A stretch of DNA of 64,000 nucleotides from Spirochaetota bacterium. GTDB taxonomy: Bacteria > Spirochaetota > UBA4802 > UBA5550. Every line of letters starts with the position of its first letter. The stretch's first letter is position 1. The notes under the pieces were generated by a model. It was not told the DNA's origin. It saw only the letters and a program-made list of their open reading frames with translations, and did not search any database. This document shows, piece by piece, positions 29,773 to 40,806 of the stretch. The DNA lies in the NCBI GenBank assembly GCA_963664815.2, contig CAXXHB010000003.1:1024001-1088000 (forward strand). Direction: 5' to 3'. The position numbers and the translations under genes were made by a program.

Positions 29773-31164
29773 TCATTGCCGGTCATTTTTCCCTGTAACA
29801 AGGTATGTGTTTATAGCGATCTCCTTCCCTTTAAGCTTAAGATCCCCCCTCGGTTTTAAAAAATAACTGCTTCTTACGTCATCGCTCTTTGCCGTATATT
29901 CAGATATCAGAATTTCATCCCGGCCGGCTACCGATTCAAGCCTTGCCGCCGTATTGACGTTGTCGCCTATGACAGTAAAGTCACGCATATCCGCAGAGCC
30001 GACATCGCCCTGCATCACCTCGCCGGTATGAATACCGATGCCTATATGAAGGTTCTCAAAATCAGCCCTCTCCTCATTCATTCTCTTCTGGATCGCCAGG
30101 GCGGCATCAATTGCTGCGGAGGGGGCATTGAATACTGCCATAACCTCATCTCCGACAAACTTGTCAACATCCCCGCCGGTATTCTGTATTATCTCCGATT
30201 GAAGCGAAAGGATTTTATTCAGCGAACTGATTACAGCTGCCGGGTCCCTCGATTCCGAATAGGTTGTAAAGCCCCTTATATCTGAAAAAAAGAGTGTAAG
30301 GACTTTCCGTGTTGTCCGGTGTCCGCCGCTGTCCCCCAGCGAATCTTTTACCGCCTTTATGGTTCCCTGCGAAACGTAATTATACAGCCTGAATTTTTCC
30401 TTCAGTCCCTGCACCATTTCATTAAACCTCTGTGCAAGGAGTCCGAATTCATCTTTCGATCCTTCATGAAGCACTATTTCAAGGTTGCCGTCTCCGACCT
30501 TCTCCATGGCGCTGGTTACTTTCAAAACCGGTTTTATTACGGTACTTCTCATGGTGATGAGAAGTACGCCTAGCAGGCCGGCAAGGAGCGTCAGCGCTAT
30601 GATGATGGCGCCTGTTTCAATGGCGGTATACTGAGCCTCAAGCAGCGTTATGCTCTGAGCAAAATCGAGTTTAACCTCGATTACCATCGGAGAACCTTCG
30701 GCGGAGGTGAAATAAGAGACTACATCGATATCCCTGGAGATATTTCCGTCTTTATCTTTATTTGTTTCCTCAACTGTCTCCATATTTTTCTTTGAGAAAG
30801 CTTCGCGTATATCATCATGGGCAGCGTAGCTTGCCCCCTTTTCACTTTCGGGAAACGAAGCCGTAACTGTGTAATCCGGTTTTATAAGAAGAATTTTTTT
30901 TAACTCAAACCCCTTGCTTTCATCCGAAATATGTTTGGCAATATTGAAATCTGAATTTATATGTCTGATAATATCTTCGCCCGAGGCTTCTTCCATTGAT
31001 GCGCTTACTCTGTGCTGAAGAAACATCGTTATATTCTCAGCCTGTTTCTTCATCATCTTCGTCGACAGACTATCAAGCACAAAGGTTAATCCGTAGATAA
31101 CAACAAAAATATTTAAAACCAGCATTAACGCAAATATTACCGATACCTTTACTCTTAATTTCAT
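29773..31164 (-). CDS. membrane class III adenylate cyclase with HAMP domain
   Basis: FSDIRGFT, DKFVGDEVMAVF, GIGIHTG, DFTVIGDNVNTAARLE; HAMP DEFGLLAQRFN. Confidence 0.92.
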   Translation of the reverse strand: MKLRVKVSVIFALMLVLNIFVVIYGLTFVLDSLSTKMMKKQAENITMFLQHRVSASMEEASGEDIIRHINSDFNIAKHISDESKGFELKKILLIKPDYTVTASFPESEKGASYAAHDDIREAFSKKNMETVEETNKDKDGNISRDIDVVSYFTSAEGSPMVIEVKLDFAQSITLLEAQYTAIETGAIIIALTLLAGLLGVLLITMRSTVIKPVLKVTSAMEKVGDGNLEIVLHEGSKDEFGLLAQRFNEMVQGLKEKFRLYNYVSQGTIKAVKDSLGDSGGHRTTRKVLTLFFSDIRGFTTYSESRDPAAVISSLNKILSLQSEIIQNTGGDVDKFVGDEVMAVFNAPSAAIDAALAIQKRMNEERADFENLHIGIGIHTGEVMQGDVGSADMRDFTVIGDNVNTAARLESVAGRDEILISEYTAKSDDVRSSYFLKPRGDLKLKGKEIAINTYLVTGKNDRQ

Positions 31165-31677
31165 TTTCTGAACTCCAGGAAAATCCGATAACCACTACGC
31201 CAAAATATACAATAACCAGCGTATTCTGCAAACAATTAATCTGCCGGTTTGTTGAATAAAAAGAGAATATTCCCGATACTCAATCAATGATATACTGATA
31301 CCGCGAAGCGCAGCGGCTGTATAAGCTGCGTGACCGGTTAACATACCGGTGTACGGTCACAGTGTATATGGAAATGCTCTATTGTGTACCTGCTGCGTGA
31401 TTCCGCCCGCCGGGGCTTTATTTTATAACATATGGTATATGGTGTGCGGGTGAATTACTTATTTTCATTCACACTGGACTGAGTGTGAATGTTTATTTTT
31501 TAACGTTACATTTTTGATAGTTAAGAGAATTAAATATCAAAAAGCATGCGCAATGTCGGATTATCGGAGTACTGCAAAATCTATTTTTTATTATTTTAAA
31601 AAATATTTTGTGGCATTTTTTTTCGTTATATGTGAGTATAGTAATAGTTTGGATTTAACATCAACCTCCGGAGTTCT

Positions 31678-33450
31678 ATGGACAGCATCACTAAAAAGAA
31701 AATACTTCTTGTTGAAGATGATAATATTATAGCTTTTTCCCAGGCAAAGTTTTTAAGAGAGAAAGGTTTTGAAGTGGTTACTTTCCCTTCGGGAGAGGAG
31801 GGTGTAGAGTATGCCGCCTCGGGAGCTGTTTTTGATCTTGTGCTTATGGACATTGACCTTGGAAAGGGGATTGACGGGATTCTTGCAGCAGAGAAGATCA
31901 CCGGTATAATCGATGTGCCTGTCGTTTTCCTCACAGCCTTCAGCGATGAAGATACAATACGCAGGGTTAACGGTGTGGCGCGGTATGGCTACGTTGTAAA
32001 GAGTATCGGCAATCCGGTTCTTCTTTCTTCTATTAATATGGCATTCCGTCTCTTTGAGTCGGCCATGGTTCTGCGTGAAAGCGAGGAGAAATACAGATTT
32101 ATTGCTGAAAACTCAACAGATGTAATATCACGGATTGATGAAAACGGAATAATTCTTTATATATCCCCGCTTTGCAAAGCTATTATAGGTTACAGTGAAA
32201 ATGAACTCACCGGAACTAATATTGTACAGTATTATCACGAGGAGGACAGAGCAAGCGTATTTGATATATACCGCAGAATTGTTGAAATCCCCGATATTTT
32301 TACCTTCAGCTACAGGGTAAAAAGGATGGATGGCTGCTATATATGGCTGGAGACTACCGGGAAGAGGATAACCTCACCTGACGGTAAATTTAAGGGAATT
32401 ATCTCATCATCAAGAGATATTACTCAGAGGATCGAAGCTGAAAAGGCATTAAAGAACAGTGAAGAAAAGCTTCATGTGATGATGGACGGAGTCCCGGCTC
32501 TTCTGTCCTATATCGATACTGATGAACGCTTTGTGTACGCCAATGACGGGTACGACAGATGGTATGGAATTCCCAAAGAGGCTATAATAGGGAAACATGT
32601 CAGTGATGTATTGCCCCCTGATGAGTATGCTGGTATTTCTGAGTATAACAGAAAAGCCCTTGCCGGTGAGAGGGTGGAATTTGAAAGCGTTTCATTCCGG
32701 AAGAATGTCGGGGAGAGGTATATAAGGGCTCACTTTGTACCTCATGTAAGCGATGGAGTCATACATGGCTTTTTTACCCTGATGTTTGACATAACTGAGA
32801 ACAAAAAATCGGAGCAGAAGATTCTTTCGCTCCTCAATGAAAAAGATCTGCTGCTTAAAGAGGTACATCACAGGGTGAAGAACAACATGGGTTCAATTGC
32901 AGCTCTTCTGTATCTCCAGATGGACTCAATGGATAATCCCGCTGCTGTCAATGCCATACAGGACGCAAGAAGCAGGGTTATGAGCATGATGGGGATTTAT
33001 GATATACTTTACAGGTCAGGTGAGTACAGGTCAGTAGCTGCAAGGGAATATTTTTCCGATCTCCTGGCAAAGATATCTTCCACTTATATTACATCATCGC
33101 GCATAAAGGTTGAAAGTGAAATAGATGAGATGGTACTGGATTCCAGCGTCCTTTTCCCTGTAGGGATGATTGTCAATGAACTGTTTACCAATGCCGTTAA
33201 ATATGCCTTCAGCGGAAGTAAACCGGGAGTAATATATGTCATGATAAAAAAGAGGGGTGAAAGGCATGTCGAGATAAGCATAAGGGACAACGGCATAGGG
33301 CTGCCCGATGCCATGGAAATATCCGGCAGCCGCGGATTTGGTCTTAATCTTGTAAGAATGATGATACAGCAGATTAATGGTTCAGTCAAAATCAACAGGA
33401 TTGGTGGGACTGAATTCCGCATCAATTTTTCTGTAGATAAACCTGTTTAA
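31678..33450 (+). CDS. REC-PAS-PAS histidine kinase (HisKA_2/HWE-like)
   Basis: LLVEDD/LMDIDL receiver; KEVHHRVKNN H-box; NELFTNAVKYAF, DNGIG. Confidence 0.9.
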   Translation: MDSITKKKILLVEDDNIIAFSQAKFLREKGFEVVTFPSGEEGVEYAASGAVFDLVLMDIDLGKGIDGILAAEKITGIIDVPVVFLTAFSDEDTIRRVNGVARYGYVVKSIGNPVLLSSINMAFRLFESAMVLRESEEKYRFIAENSTDVISRIDENGIILYISPLCKAIIGYSENELTGTNIVQYYHEEDRASVFDIYRRIVEIPDIFTFSYRVKRMDGCYIWLETTGKRITSPDGKFKGIISSSRDITQRIEAEKALKNSEEKLHVMMDGVPALLSYIDTDERFVYANDGYDRWYGIPKEAIIGKHVSDVLPPDEYAGISEYNRKALAGERVEFESVSFRKNVGERYIRAHFVPHVSDGVIHGFFTLMFDITENKKSEQKILSLLNEKDLLLKEVHHRVKNNMGSIAALLYLQMDSMDNPAAVNAIQDARSRVMSMMGIYDILYRSGEYRSVAAREYFSDLLAKISSTYITSSRIKVESEIDEMVLDSSVLFPVGMIVNELFTNAVKYAFSGSKPGVIYVMIKKRGERHVEISIRDNGIGLPDAMEISGSRGFGLNLVRMMIQQINGSVKINRIGGTEFRINFSVDKPV

Positions 33451-33637
33451 TACTTCCGCCAGCTTTTGTTGACTCCTGTGTCTGCTGACCCGCAAAATTC
33501 CTTCAGATAAAAATATTACGATTTTACACTATTAAAAGTCATCTTTTTTCTCAGACTTTACAGGTGAAATACAGAAGAGTTTAAACATTTTATAAAGAGA
33601 AAAAATTGACATACTGCATCGTTATTTTATATTTGGT

Positions 33638-33672
33638 AAAAAAAGAGGGCACATTTGTCTCTTTTTTTTTTA
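33638..33672 (+). terminator. intrinsic terminator-like hairpin
   Basis: A-tract, GAGGGCA-CATT-TGTCTC, long T-tract. Confidence 0.5.
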
Positions 33673-33844
33673 AGGTATAAAAACATGAAAAACAGAATCA
33701 GTAATTTTTCCTGAAATTTTTTATTTACACCGTGAATAAATAATATAATACCAGCTGCTGTTATCAGTGCTGGATATTATAAAATGTTTTGCCTGTAAAA
33801 TATTCAGAGATTACAGATGAATTAAACTTCCAAAGGTTAATGAA

Positions 33845-36800
33845 ATGAAAACATTTAAAAAAGTTCTTATTGCAAACAGGGGGGAGATTGCCATCAGGAT
33901 TATCCGGGCATGCCATGAACTTGGTATACGCACAGTGGCAATTTATTCCAGAGAAGATAGATATGCCCTTTTCAGGACAAAATCCGATGAGTCATATCTC
34001 ATAGGTAAAAACAGCGGCCCGATTGAGGCTTATCTTGGTATTGAAGAGATTATAAATCTCGCGCTGAAGAAGGGTGTTGATGCCATTCACCCCGGTTACG
34101 GTTTTCTTGCTGAGAATCCGGATTTCTCCGCGAAGTGCGAGGAACATGGGATTGAATTTATAGGCCCCACACCTCATATGCTGGACAGCCTGGGTGATAA
34201 GATAAAATCAAAAATTGTAGCACAGAACAACGGTGTGCCGGTAATACCGGGCGTTGAAAGGGCCATTAAAAGCGATGATGAGGCTGTTGAGTTTGCCTCC
34301 GGATGCGGTTACCCGGTTATGCTCAAGGCATCTGCCGGGGGTGGGGGACGTGGAATGCGTATAATCCGCAGTGAAAGCGAGCTTATTCCGGGGTTCCACA
34401 ACGCAAGGAACGAGGCGCGTAAAGCCTTCGGCAATGACGATATATTCATGGAAAAATACCTTGAACAGCCGAAACATATAGAGGTGCAGGTTCTTGGGGA
34501 CAATTACGGAAATATTGTACACCTCTTTGAGAGGGATTGTTCCATACAGAGAAGACATCAGAAGGTTATAGAGTTTACCCCCTCCATCGCAATATCCGAA
34601 AAGCAGAGAGAGGCCATATGCGCCGATGCTGTTAAAATCGCGAAGGCTGTCGATTACAGAAGCGCGGGAACCGTTGAGTTTCTTGTCGATAGAAACGGAA
34701 ACCATTACTTTATTGAAATGAACCCGAGGATACAGGTTGAGCATACGGTTACCGAAATGGTTACAGGCATAGACCTTGTACAGAGTCAGATACTGATCGC
34801 GCAGGGGCACAGGCTCGACTCCGATGAGATAGGGATTAAATCGCAGGATTCAATCAGGTCGAGAGGGTACGCGATACAGTGCAGGGTAACCACTGAAGAT
34901 CCGGCAAACAACTTTGCCCCCGACACCGGAAGAATTGACGTTTACCGGACCGGCTCGGGCTGCGGTATAAGGCTTGACGGCGGAAACGGCTATACCGGCT
35001 CTGTTATAAGCCCATACTACGATTCGCTGCTTGTGAAGATCATATCTCATTCAAGGACATTTCATGATGCCATAAACAAGGCAAGGCGTTCCATCAAGGA
35101 ACTTGTCATTTCCGGCGTTAAAACAAACGAGGGGTTTCTGCTTAATGTTCTGTCACATCCGGTCTTTCAGAATGGCGAGTGTACAACAGGATTTATTGAA
35201 AGTACCCCCGAACTCTTTAATATAGCCCCCCGTGATGACAGTGAAATCAGAATACTCACATACCTCGGGGAAAAGGCTGTTAATGAGACCAAAGGGGTTA
35301 CAATGGAACATGACGTTCCGAGAATTCCGCATGTTCCGGAAAATGTCAGACTTCGCGGAACAAAACAGCTTCTCGATGAAAAGGGGCCAGCAGGTGTTGT
35401 AGAGTGGATTAAATCGCAGAAAAAACTTCTTCTTACCGATACATCATATCGTGACGCTCACCAGTCACTTATGGCTACAAGGCTGAGGACCCACGACATG
35501 CTGAAGATAGCCGAACCGACGGCGTATCTCGCGCCTGAACTTTTTTCTCTTGAGATGTGGGGCGGTGCGACATTTGACGTTTCGTACAGATTTCTCAAAG
35601 AGGACCCATGGAAAAGGCTCGAGGAACTGAGGGAAAAGATTCCTAACATAATGTTTCAGATGCTTCTGCGTGGTGCAAACGCGGTTGGCTACACAAATTA
35701 CCCTGACAATCTTATAAGGGAGTTTATACAGCAATCCGCTTCATCCGGAATAGACATTTTCAGGATATTCGATTCCCTGAACTGGCTTAAGGGGATGGAG
35801 GTTGCGGTTGATGAGGTTCTTAAAACAGGGAAGATTGCCGAGGCATGTGTATGCTATACCGGCGATATCCTCGACAGCAAAAGAGATAAATATACACTTG
35901 AGTACTATGTAAAAACCGCGAAAGAGATTGAGAATATGGGCGCCCATATTCTCGGTATTAAGGATATGGCCGGTCTGCTTAAACCATACGCTGCCGAAAA
36001 GCTGATAAAGGCATTGAAGGATGAGATATCAATCCCCATACATCTTCACACGCATGATACCAGTGGTAACGGAGTTGCCACTGTTCTTCTCGCGGCGGAG
36101 ATGGGTGTTGATATAGTCGACACATCATTCAACAGCATGTCCGGGGTTACAAGCCAGCCTGCTCTTAACTCTATCGTAGCCGCGCTTGAATATACAGACA
36201 GGGATACTGGGCTCAACCGCGATAATATACAGGAGATTTCAGATTACTGGAACGATATACGACCGGTTTACAACCAGTTCGAATCCGAGCTGAAATCGGG
36301 CACGGCAGAGATTTATAAATATGAGATTCCGGGCGGGCAGTATTCAAATCTCAAATCACAGGTGGACAGCTTTGGCCTTGGGCATAAGTTTCTTGAGGTC
36401 AAGGAGATGTATATGACAGTTAACCTCATGGTGGGAGATATTGTCAAGGTAACTCCATCTTCGAAGATGGTGGGTGATCTTGCGATTTTCATGGTTAAAA
36501 ATGATTTAACCCCTGAAAATATAATAATAAAGGGGAGGGACATGGCTTTTCCCGATTCTGTGGTTTCGTTTTATGAAGGTATGATGGGTCAGCCTGTGGG
36601 AGGTTTCTCAAGGGAAATTCAGGAGATAGTACTGAAGGGGAAAACCCCGATTACCTGCAGGCCCGGTGAGCTGCTTCCGGCAGTTGACTTTGAAAAACTG
36701 AGAGACGAGCTTTCGGGAAAAATGGACATCGCTCCGACTATGAAGGATGTTTTAAGCTATGCGCTTTACCCGAAGGTATTTGAGGAATATATTGCGTTTA

Positions 36801-37273
36801 TAAAAAAATACGGCGACTTGAGCAGAATGGATTCTCCGCTCTTCTTTGACGGGTTGAGGATAGGAACACCATTTGACGTGGAACTTGACGAGGGGAAGGT
36901 ATTTATTATTGAACTTCTTCAGATCGGAAAGATAAACAGTGACGGATACAGGGAAATTGTATTTGAAGTCAACGGCAACAGACGTGAAATGACTATACTT
37001 GACAGGACGTACAGGGCTGAGAAAACGGTTGTTACAACACAGAATGCCGATCCGGACAATCCGAAAGAGATAGGCGCCGGTATACCCGGTTCTGTCTCCA
37101 GGCTGCTTGTAAAAGCAGGCGATCATGTGAAAGCGGGGCAGAGCCTTCTTGTTATTGAAGCGATGAAGATGGAGACAAATATTACGGCGCCTTCAGACGG
37201 CGTTGTAGCCGTTATTGCGGTAAAAGAGGGGCAGAGGGTTAAAAACGGCGAGCTGCTGATCAAGCTTGAGTAA
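33845..37273 (+). CDS. pyc: pyruvate carboxylase
   Basis: ANRGEIAIR and RDCSIQRRHQK (BC domain); RDAHQSL, WGGATFD, HLHTHD (CT domain); EAMKM biotinyl domain. Confidence 0.97.
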   Translation: MKTFKKVLIANRGEIAIRIIRACHELGIRTVAIYSREDRYALFRTKSDESYLIGKNSGPIEAYLGIEEIINLALKKGVDAIHPGYGFLAENPDFSAKCEEHGIEFIGPTPHMLDSLGDKIKSKIVAQNNGVPVIPGVERAIKSDDEAVEFASGCGYPVMLKASAGGGGRGMRIIRSESELIPGFHNARNEARKAFGNDDIFMEKYLEQPKHIEVQVLGDNYGNIVHLFERDCSIQRRHQKVIEFTPSIAISEKQREAICADAVKIAKAVDYRSAGTVEFLVDRNGNHYFIEMNPRIQVEHTVTEMVTGIDLVQSQILIAQGHRLDSDEIGIKSQDSIRSRGYAIQCRVTTEDPANNFAPDTGRIDVYRTGSGCGIRLDGGNGYTGSVISPYYDSLLVKIISHSRTFHDAINKARRSIKELVISGVKTNEGFLLNVLSHPVFQNGECTTGFIESTPELFNIAPRDDSEIRILTYLGEKAVNETKGVTMEHDVPRIPHVPENVRLRGTKQLLDEKGPAGVVEWIKSQKKLLLTDTSYRDAHQSLMATRLRTHDMLKIAEPTAYLAPELFSLEMWGGATFDVSYRFLKEDPWKRLEELREKIPNIMFQMLLRGANAVGYTNYPDNLIREFIQQSASSGIDIFRIFDSLNWLKGMEVAVDEVLKTGKIAEACVCYTGDILDSKRDKYTLEYYVKTAKEIENMGAHILGIKDMAGLLKPYAAEKLIKALKDEISIPIHLHTHDTSGNGVATVLLAAEMGVDIVDTSFNSMSGVTSQPALNSIVAALEYTDRDTGLNRDNIQEISDYWNDIRPVYNQFESELKSGTAEIYKYEIPGGQYSNLKSQVDSFGLGHKFLEVKEMYMTVNLMVGDIVKVTPSSKMVGDLAIFMVKNDLTPENIIIKGRDMAFPDSVVSFYEGMMGQPVGGFSREIQEIVLKGKTPITCRPGELLPAVDFEKLRDELSGKMDIAPTMKDVLSYALYPKVFEEYIAFIKKYGDLSRMDSPLFFDGLRIGTPFDVELDEGKVFIIELLQIGKINSDGYREIVFEVNGNRREMTILDRTYRAEKTVVTTQNADPDNPKEIGAGIPGSVSRLLVKAGDHVKAGQSLLVIEAMKMETNITAPSDGVVAVIAVKEGQRVKNGELLIKLE

Positions 37274-37278
37274 TACGG

Positions 37279-38544
37279 ATGAATGGCAGGAGGCCAGCCC
37301 CGGCGCTCAGGGCACTGTCAAACAGGAATTACCGGCTGTTTTTTTTCGGCCAGGGAGTTTCTCTTATCGGCACATGGATGCAGAGCATTGCCGCAAGCTG
37401 GCTCATCTACCGCCTTACCGGTTCTGCGTTTATGCTGGGACTCTCAGGTTTTCTCGGACAGATGCCGGTGTTTTTCATATCCCCTTTTGCCGGAGTTATC
37501 GGGGACAGGCTTAAGAAACGCAGGATACTTCTGGTTGTGCAGACATTGTCCATGTTTCAGGCCTTTGTTTATGCTGCTGTCACCCTCTCCGGCATAGTTC
37601 AGGTGTGGCATATACTCACTCTCAGCTGCATTCTCGGCATCATTAACGCTTTTGAAATGCCTGTAAGGCAGGCTTTCGTTATAGAGATGGTGAAAGACAA
37701 ATCAGACCTTCCGAATGCCATCGCGCTCAATTCATCGATTTTCAACGCATCAAGACTCATCGGCCCGGCTCTTGCAGGGGTTATTGTGGCAGCGGCCGGC
37801 GAGGGGGTATGCTTTCTTATAAACGGAATCAGTTATATCGCGGTTATTGCCGCCTTTGTTTCAATGAAGGTAACTCCGGTTGAAATTGCAAAATCGGGGA
37901 AAAATCTTCTCTCGGATATGAAGGAGGGTTTTACCTATGCTATGGGTTTTATTCCGATAAGAGATATTCTATTCTTAATAGCTTCTATCACTTTTTTCGG
38001 CATGACATTCCCTGTACTTCTCCCTGTTTTTGCCGCTAAAATCTTCAACGGCGGGTCACATACCTTCGGGCTGCTTGTATCCTCCTCAGGAGCCGGGGCA
38101 TTTCTTGCTACGGTTTACCTTGCAATGAGAAAGTCGATTGAGGGCCAGGGGAGGGTAATGAATATTGCCGTTTATACTCTGGCTGCGGGTTTAATGGCTT
38201 TTTCATTCTCCGGAATTCTTTATGTATCTGTAGTTCTCCTGGTAATTATCGGTTTCAGCATGATCGTGGTTATCGCCTCCTGCAACATGGTTCTGCAGGC
38301 TGTTGTTGATGAGAATAAAAGGGGAAGAGTAATGAGCTTTTACGTAATGGCGTTTAACGGCGCAGCACCTGTTGGCAGTCTCATTGCCGGCGCGGTATCC
38401 TCAAAAGCAGGCGCGCCTGTAACTGTTTTTATCTGCGGTTCTGTATGCCTGATTCTCGGAATTATTTTCTCATTCAGGATTCAGAAAATCGGAGATTCCG
38501 TCAGGGAGGCTGCAGCGGTTAAGCTCGATGAAGGAAAAAGATAA
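37279..38544 (+). CDS. MFS transporter (MFS_3/H+ antiporter-like)
   Basis: RNYRLFFFGQ..SLIGTWMQ, NAIALNS..FN..R.IGP, RGRVMS; ~12 TM. Confidence 0.9.
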   Translation: MNGRRPAPALRALSNRNYRLFFFGQGVSLIGTWMQSIAASWLIYRLTGSAFMLGLSGFLGQMPVFFISPFAGVIGDRLKKRRILLVVQTLSMFQAFVYAAVTLSGIVQVWHILTLSCILGIINAFEMPVRQAFVIEMVKDKSDLPNAIALNSSIFNASRLIGPALAGVIVAAAGEGVCFLINGISYIAVIAAFVSMKVTPVEIAKSGKNLLSDMKEGFTYAMGFIPIRDILFLIASITFFGMTFPVLLPVFAAKIFNGGSHTFGLLVSSSGAGAFLATVYLAMRKSIEGQGRVMNIAVYTLAAGLMAFSFSGILYVSVVLLVIIGFSMIVVIASCNMVLQAVVDENKRGRVMSFYVMAFNGAAPVGSLIAGAVSSKAGAPVTVFICGSVCLILGIIFSFRIQKIGDSVREAAAVKLDEGKR

Positions 38545-38575
38545 TAAAGACAAACATCCGCATTAAAATAATTTA

Positions 38576-39887
38576 CTTGAGTTAGGCGTTTTTTTAAAAG
38601 AAAAAAGATAATGGGGCAAAAAATAGTATTAATTTTTTACCCCATTATGAATAGTATTTTAAAAACTCTAATGAATAAAAAAATAAACAACAGATTACAG
38701 AAGACAAGTATTTTACAGCGGCGAAAGAAATTTTTTCAAAACCGCAAATGAGGCATTTTACTAAGATGCTGAAAGGGATAATAGAATATGATGGTCGTCA
38801 TACAATCTCAAGTCTCAACTCCATTCAGGTTGACACAAGAGATGTTAGTAATGATATAAAGTTTATAAGAGATACAGCTTGGACCTGTAAAGATCTTTTA
38901 AGAGTTAACAGGAATTTTTTAAAATGTATCGCGAAGAAAAACGGGACAGGCTTTTTAATAATAGATGATACTGTGATAGAGAAGCCGGGAAAACCGAAGA
39001 AGATAGAAAGTCTCGGGTGGCATTATTCTCATTCAAAAGGCAGAACGGTATATGGTCACAGTTTGGTGACAAGTCATTATAGATCAGGGGATATATCTTT
39101 CCCATATGATTTCCGGTTTTATCTAAATGAGAAAGTGGCAACTAAATCCGGAGAAGTATTTAAAACAAAACCGGATATAGCATGTGAATTGATAGATAAG
39201 TTTGAACCTTTTACGGGAGATAAGATATACTGTTTAGTAGATAGCTGGTACACATCGGAGAAAGTCGTAAAAGCTGTAAAAGACCGGGAATTTGAACTTA
39301 TAGGAGCGCTTAAGAGCAATAGAGTATTCCAGTTCAAAGAGCATGGTAAAAAACATAAGCTGTCAGCTTATGTGAAAAACTTAAGAAACTCATCCTTTGA
39401 GAAAGTAAAATTAAAGGATGAAGCCTTCAAAGTCAGACGGATAGAAGTCTGGCTGAAAGGTATCGGTAATGCAATTATACTGATATCAAAGAGAGTCAAG
39501 GACGGATCTAGAATGTTCATCCTTAGTACGGATATGAACTTGAATAATGAAGGCATCTTGAAATATTACAGCTTTCGCTGGGATATTGAAGTTGGATATC
39601 TTTATTGTAAAGATCGTCTTGGTATGAGTCAATACCAGATGAGGAAACTGAAGGCAATAGAAAAATACTGTGCTCTTGTATTTGCTGCGTATGCTTTACT
39701 TGAATCATTGAGAGTTGCTAACAATGAACAGAGTCTTGGGAAATCTCGACAGTATTTCAAAATAATGAAGAAGCGGGAGTACGTTGATCAAGTGATTATA
39801 ATGCATAAAAAGGGTGTCTCCAAGAGGGACATTTATAAAAAACTAAAACTCATGGCGTAGCTATGTCCAAAAAACGCCTAACTCGAG
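38576..39887 (+). mobile_element. IS701-like insertion sequence (1312 bp)
   Basis: IRs CTTGAGTTAGGCGTTTTTT / rc CTCGAGTTAGGCGTTTTTT (18/19); flanking 7-bp direct repeat TAATTTA. Confidence 0.88.
38748..39860 (+). CDS. IS701-family DDE transposase
   Basis: LIIDDTV..KPG, LVDSWY, ALKSNR, Y..RW.IE...K..LG. Confidence 0.88.
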   Translation: MRHFTKMLKGIIEYDGRHTISSLNSIQVDTRDVSNDIKFIRDTAWTCKDLLRVNRNFLKCIAKKNGTGFLIIDDTVIEKPGKPKKIESLGWHYSHSKGRTVYGHSLVTSHYRSGDISFPYDFRFYLNEKVATKSGEVFKTKPDIACELIDKFEPFTGDKIYCLVDSWYTSEKVVKAVKDREFELIGALKSNRVFQFKEHGKKHKLSAYVKNLRNSSFEKVKLKDEAFKVRRIEVWLKGIGNAIILISKRVKDGSRMFILSTDMNLNNEGILKYYSFRWDIEVGYLYCKDRLGMSQYQMRKLKAIEKYCALVFAAYALLESLRVANNEQSLGKSRQYFKIMKKREYVDQVIIMHKKGVSKRDIYKKLKLMA

Positions 39888-40184
39888 TAATTTAATACTT
39901 GAAATTCATGAGGGATATACTTATTTTGAATTTCAGTAATAATTCCTGAACATATTTCTTGTTAAAAAATAAATATTAGGGTTGTTTCAAGACTGGTATT
40001 TGTAGGGCTCAGGAAGCCTTGATGTGGCTTTTTTAAGGGGCTTCGCCCCTTAGACCCTGTAGAAAAGGGAGAAAGGAAACAAGTTTATTATCTCTTCCGG
40101 CAGATATGGCGGCATGGAACTTAAACATTTTTTACTTATAAAACTGAAGGAATAAATACTGATTAAAATTAAAAGGAGAAACAT

Positions 40185-40589
40185 ATGAAAAAAATTCTGG
40201 CATCAATGTTCGTACTCATCATAGCAGGCATGGTTTCATGTTCAAAGAGCCCTGAATCTGAAGCAAAGGCGCTCATTCTTGATATGACAAAACTGACAGA
40301 CAAAACAGCCGATAAAGTAAGCTCAGCCACAAGTGGTAAAGATGCAGGGGAAGCGCTTATAGCATACGCCGAAGGGATGAAAAAACTTGCTGAAACGGGC
40401 AAGGAACTTGAAAAGAAATATCCTGATCTGAAAGTGGAAGACAATGAAAAATTCAAATCTGAAGAAGAGGCCATGACCAAGGCAATGGGGAAGTTTACCG
40501 TTGCAATTACAGGTGTTATGACAAAATACGCCGATTCAAAAGAGTTTAAGGATGCTATGTCAAAAATGACTGAAGTAATGAAACAGTAA
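40185..40589 (+). CDS. hypothetical lipoprotein
   Basis: AAGGAG RBS; signal MKKILASMFVLIIAGMVS-C lipobox; helical K/E-rich body. Confidence 0.8.
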   Translation: MKKILASMFVLIIAGMVSCSKSPESEAKALILDMTKLTDKTADKVSSATSGKDAGEALIAYAEGMKKLAETGKELEKKYPDLKVEDNEKFKSEEEAMTKAMGKFTVAITGVMTKYADSKEFKDAMSKMTEVMKQ

Positions 40590-40620
40590 AAAAAAATATA
40601 TTAATTATATTAATCGTATA

Positions 40621-40653
40621 AAAAGAGAGCCGGAAAGGCTCTCTTTTTTTTTT
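40621..40653 (+). terminator. intrinsic terminator
   Basis: AAAAGAGAGCC-loop-GGCTCTCTTTTTTTTTT. Confidence 0.85.
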
Positions 40654-40806
40654 ACTGTGAAGCATTGTTTATGGAGAGGATTTTCATTACTATATATATG
40701 ATTACAGGATTGCTTAATCAGGTGAGTAATTTTGTAAAGAACAGGAAGAGAATATCCGAACCCGGTGGCCTGATGATTTTAAACTGTTTTATACAGGGAA
40801 AGAATT

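Noticed and set aside
31300-31360. Short GC hairpins between the cyclase and kinase genes as ncRNA
   Set aside because: Stems are short, single-copy and match no family I recognise.
33606-33844. Riboswitch or attenuator upstream of pyc
   Set aside because: TTGACA and a terminator-like hairpin are present, but no aptamer or alternative fold is recognisable.
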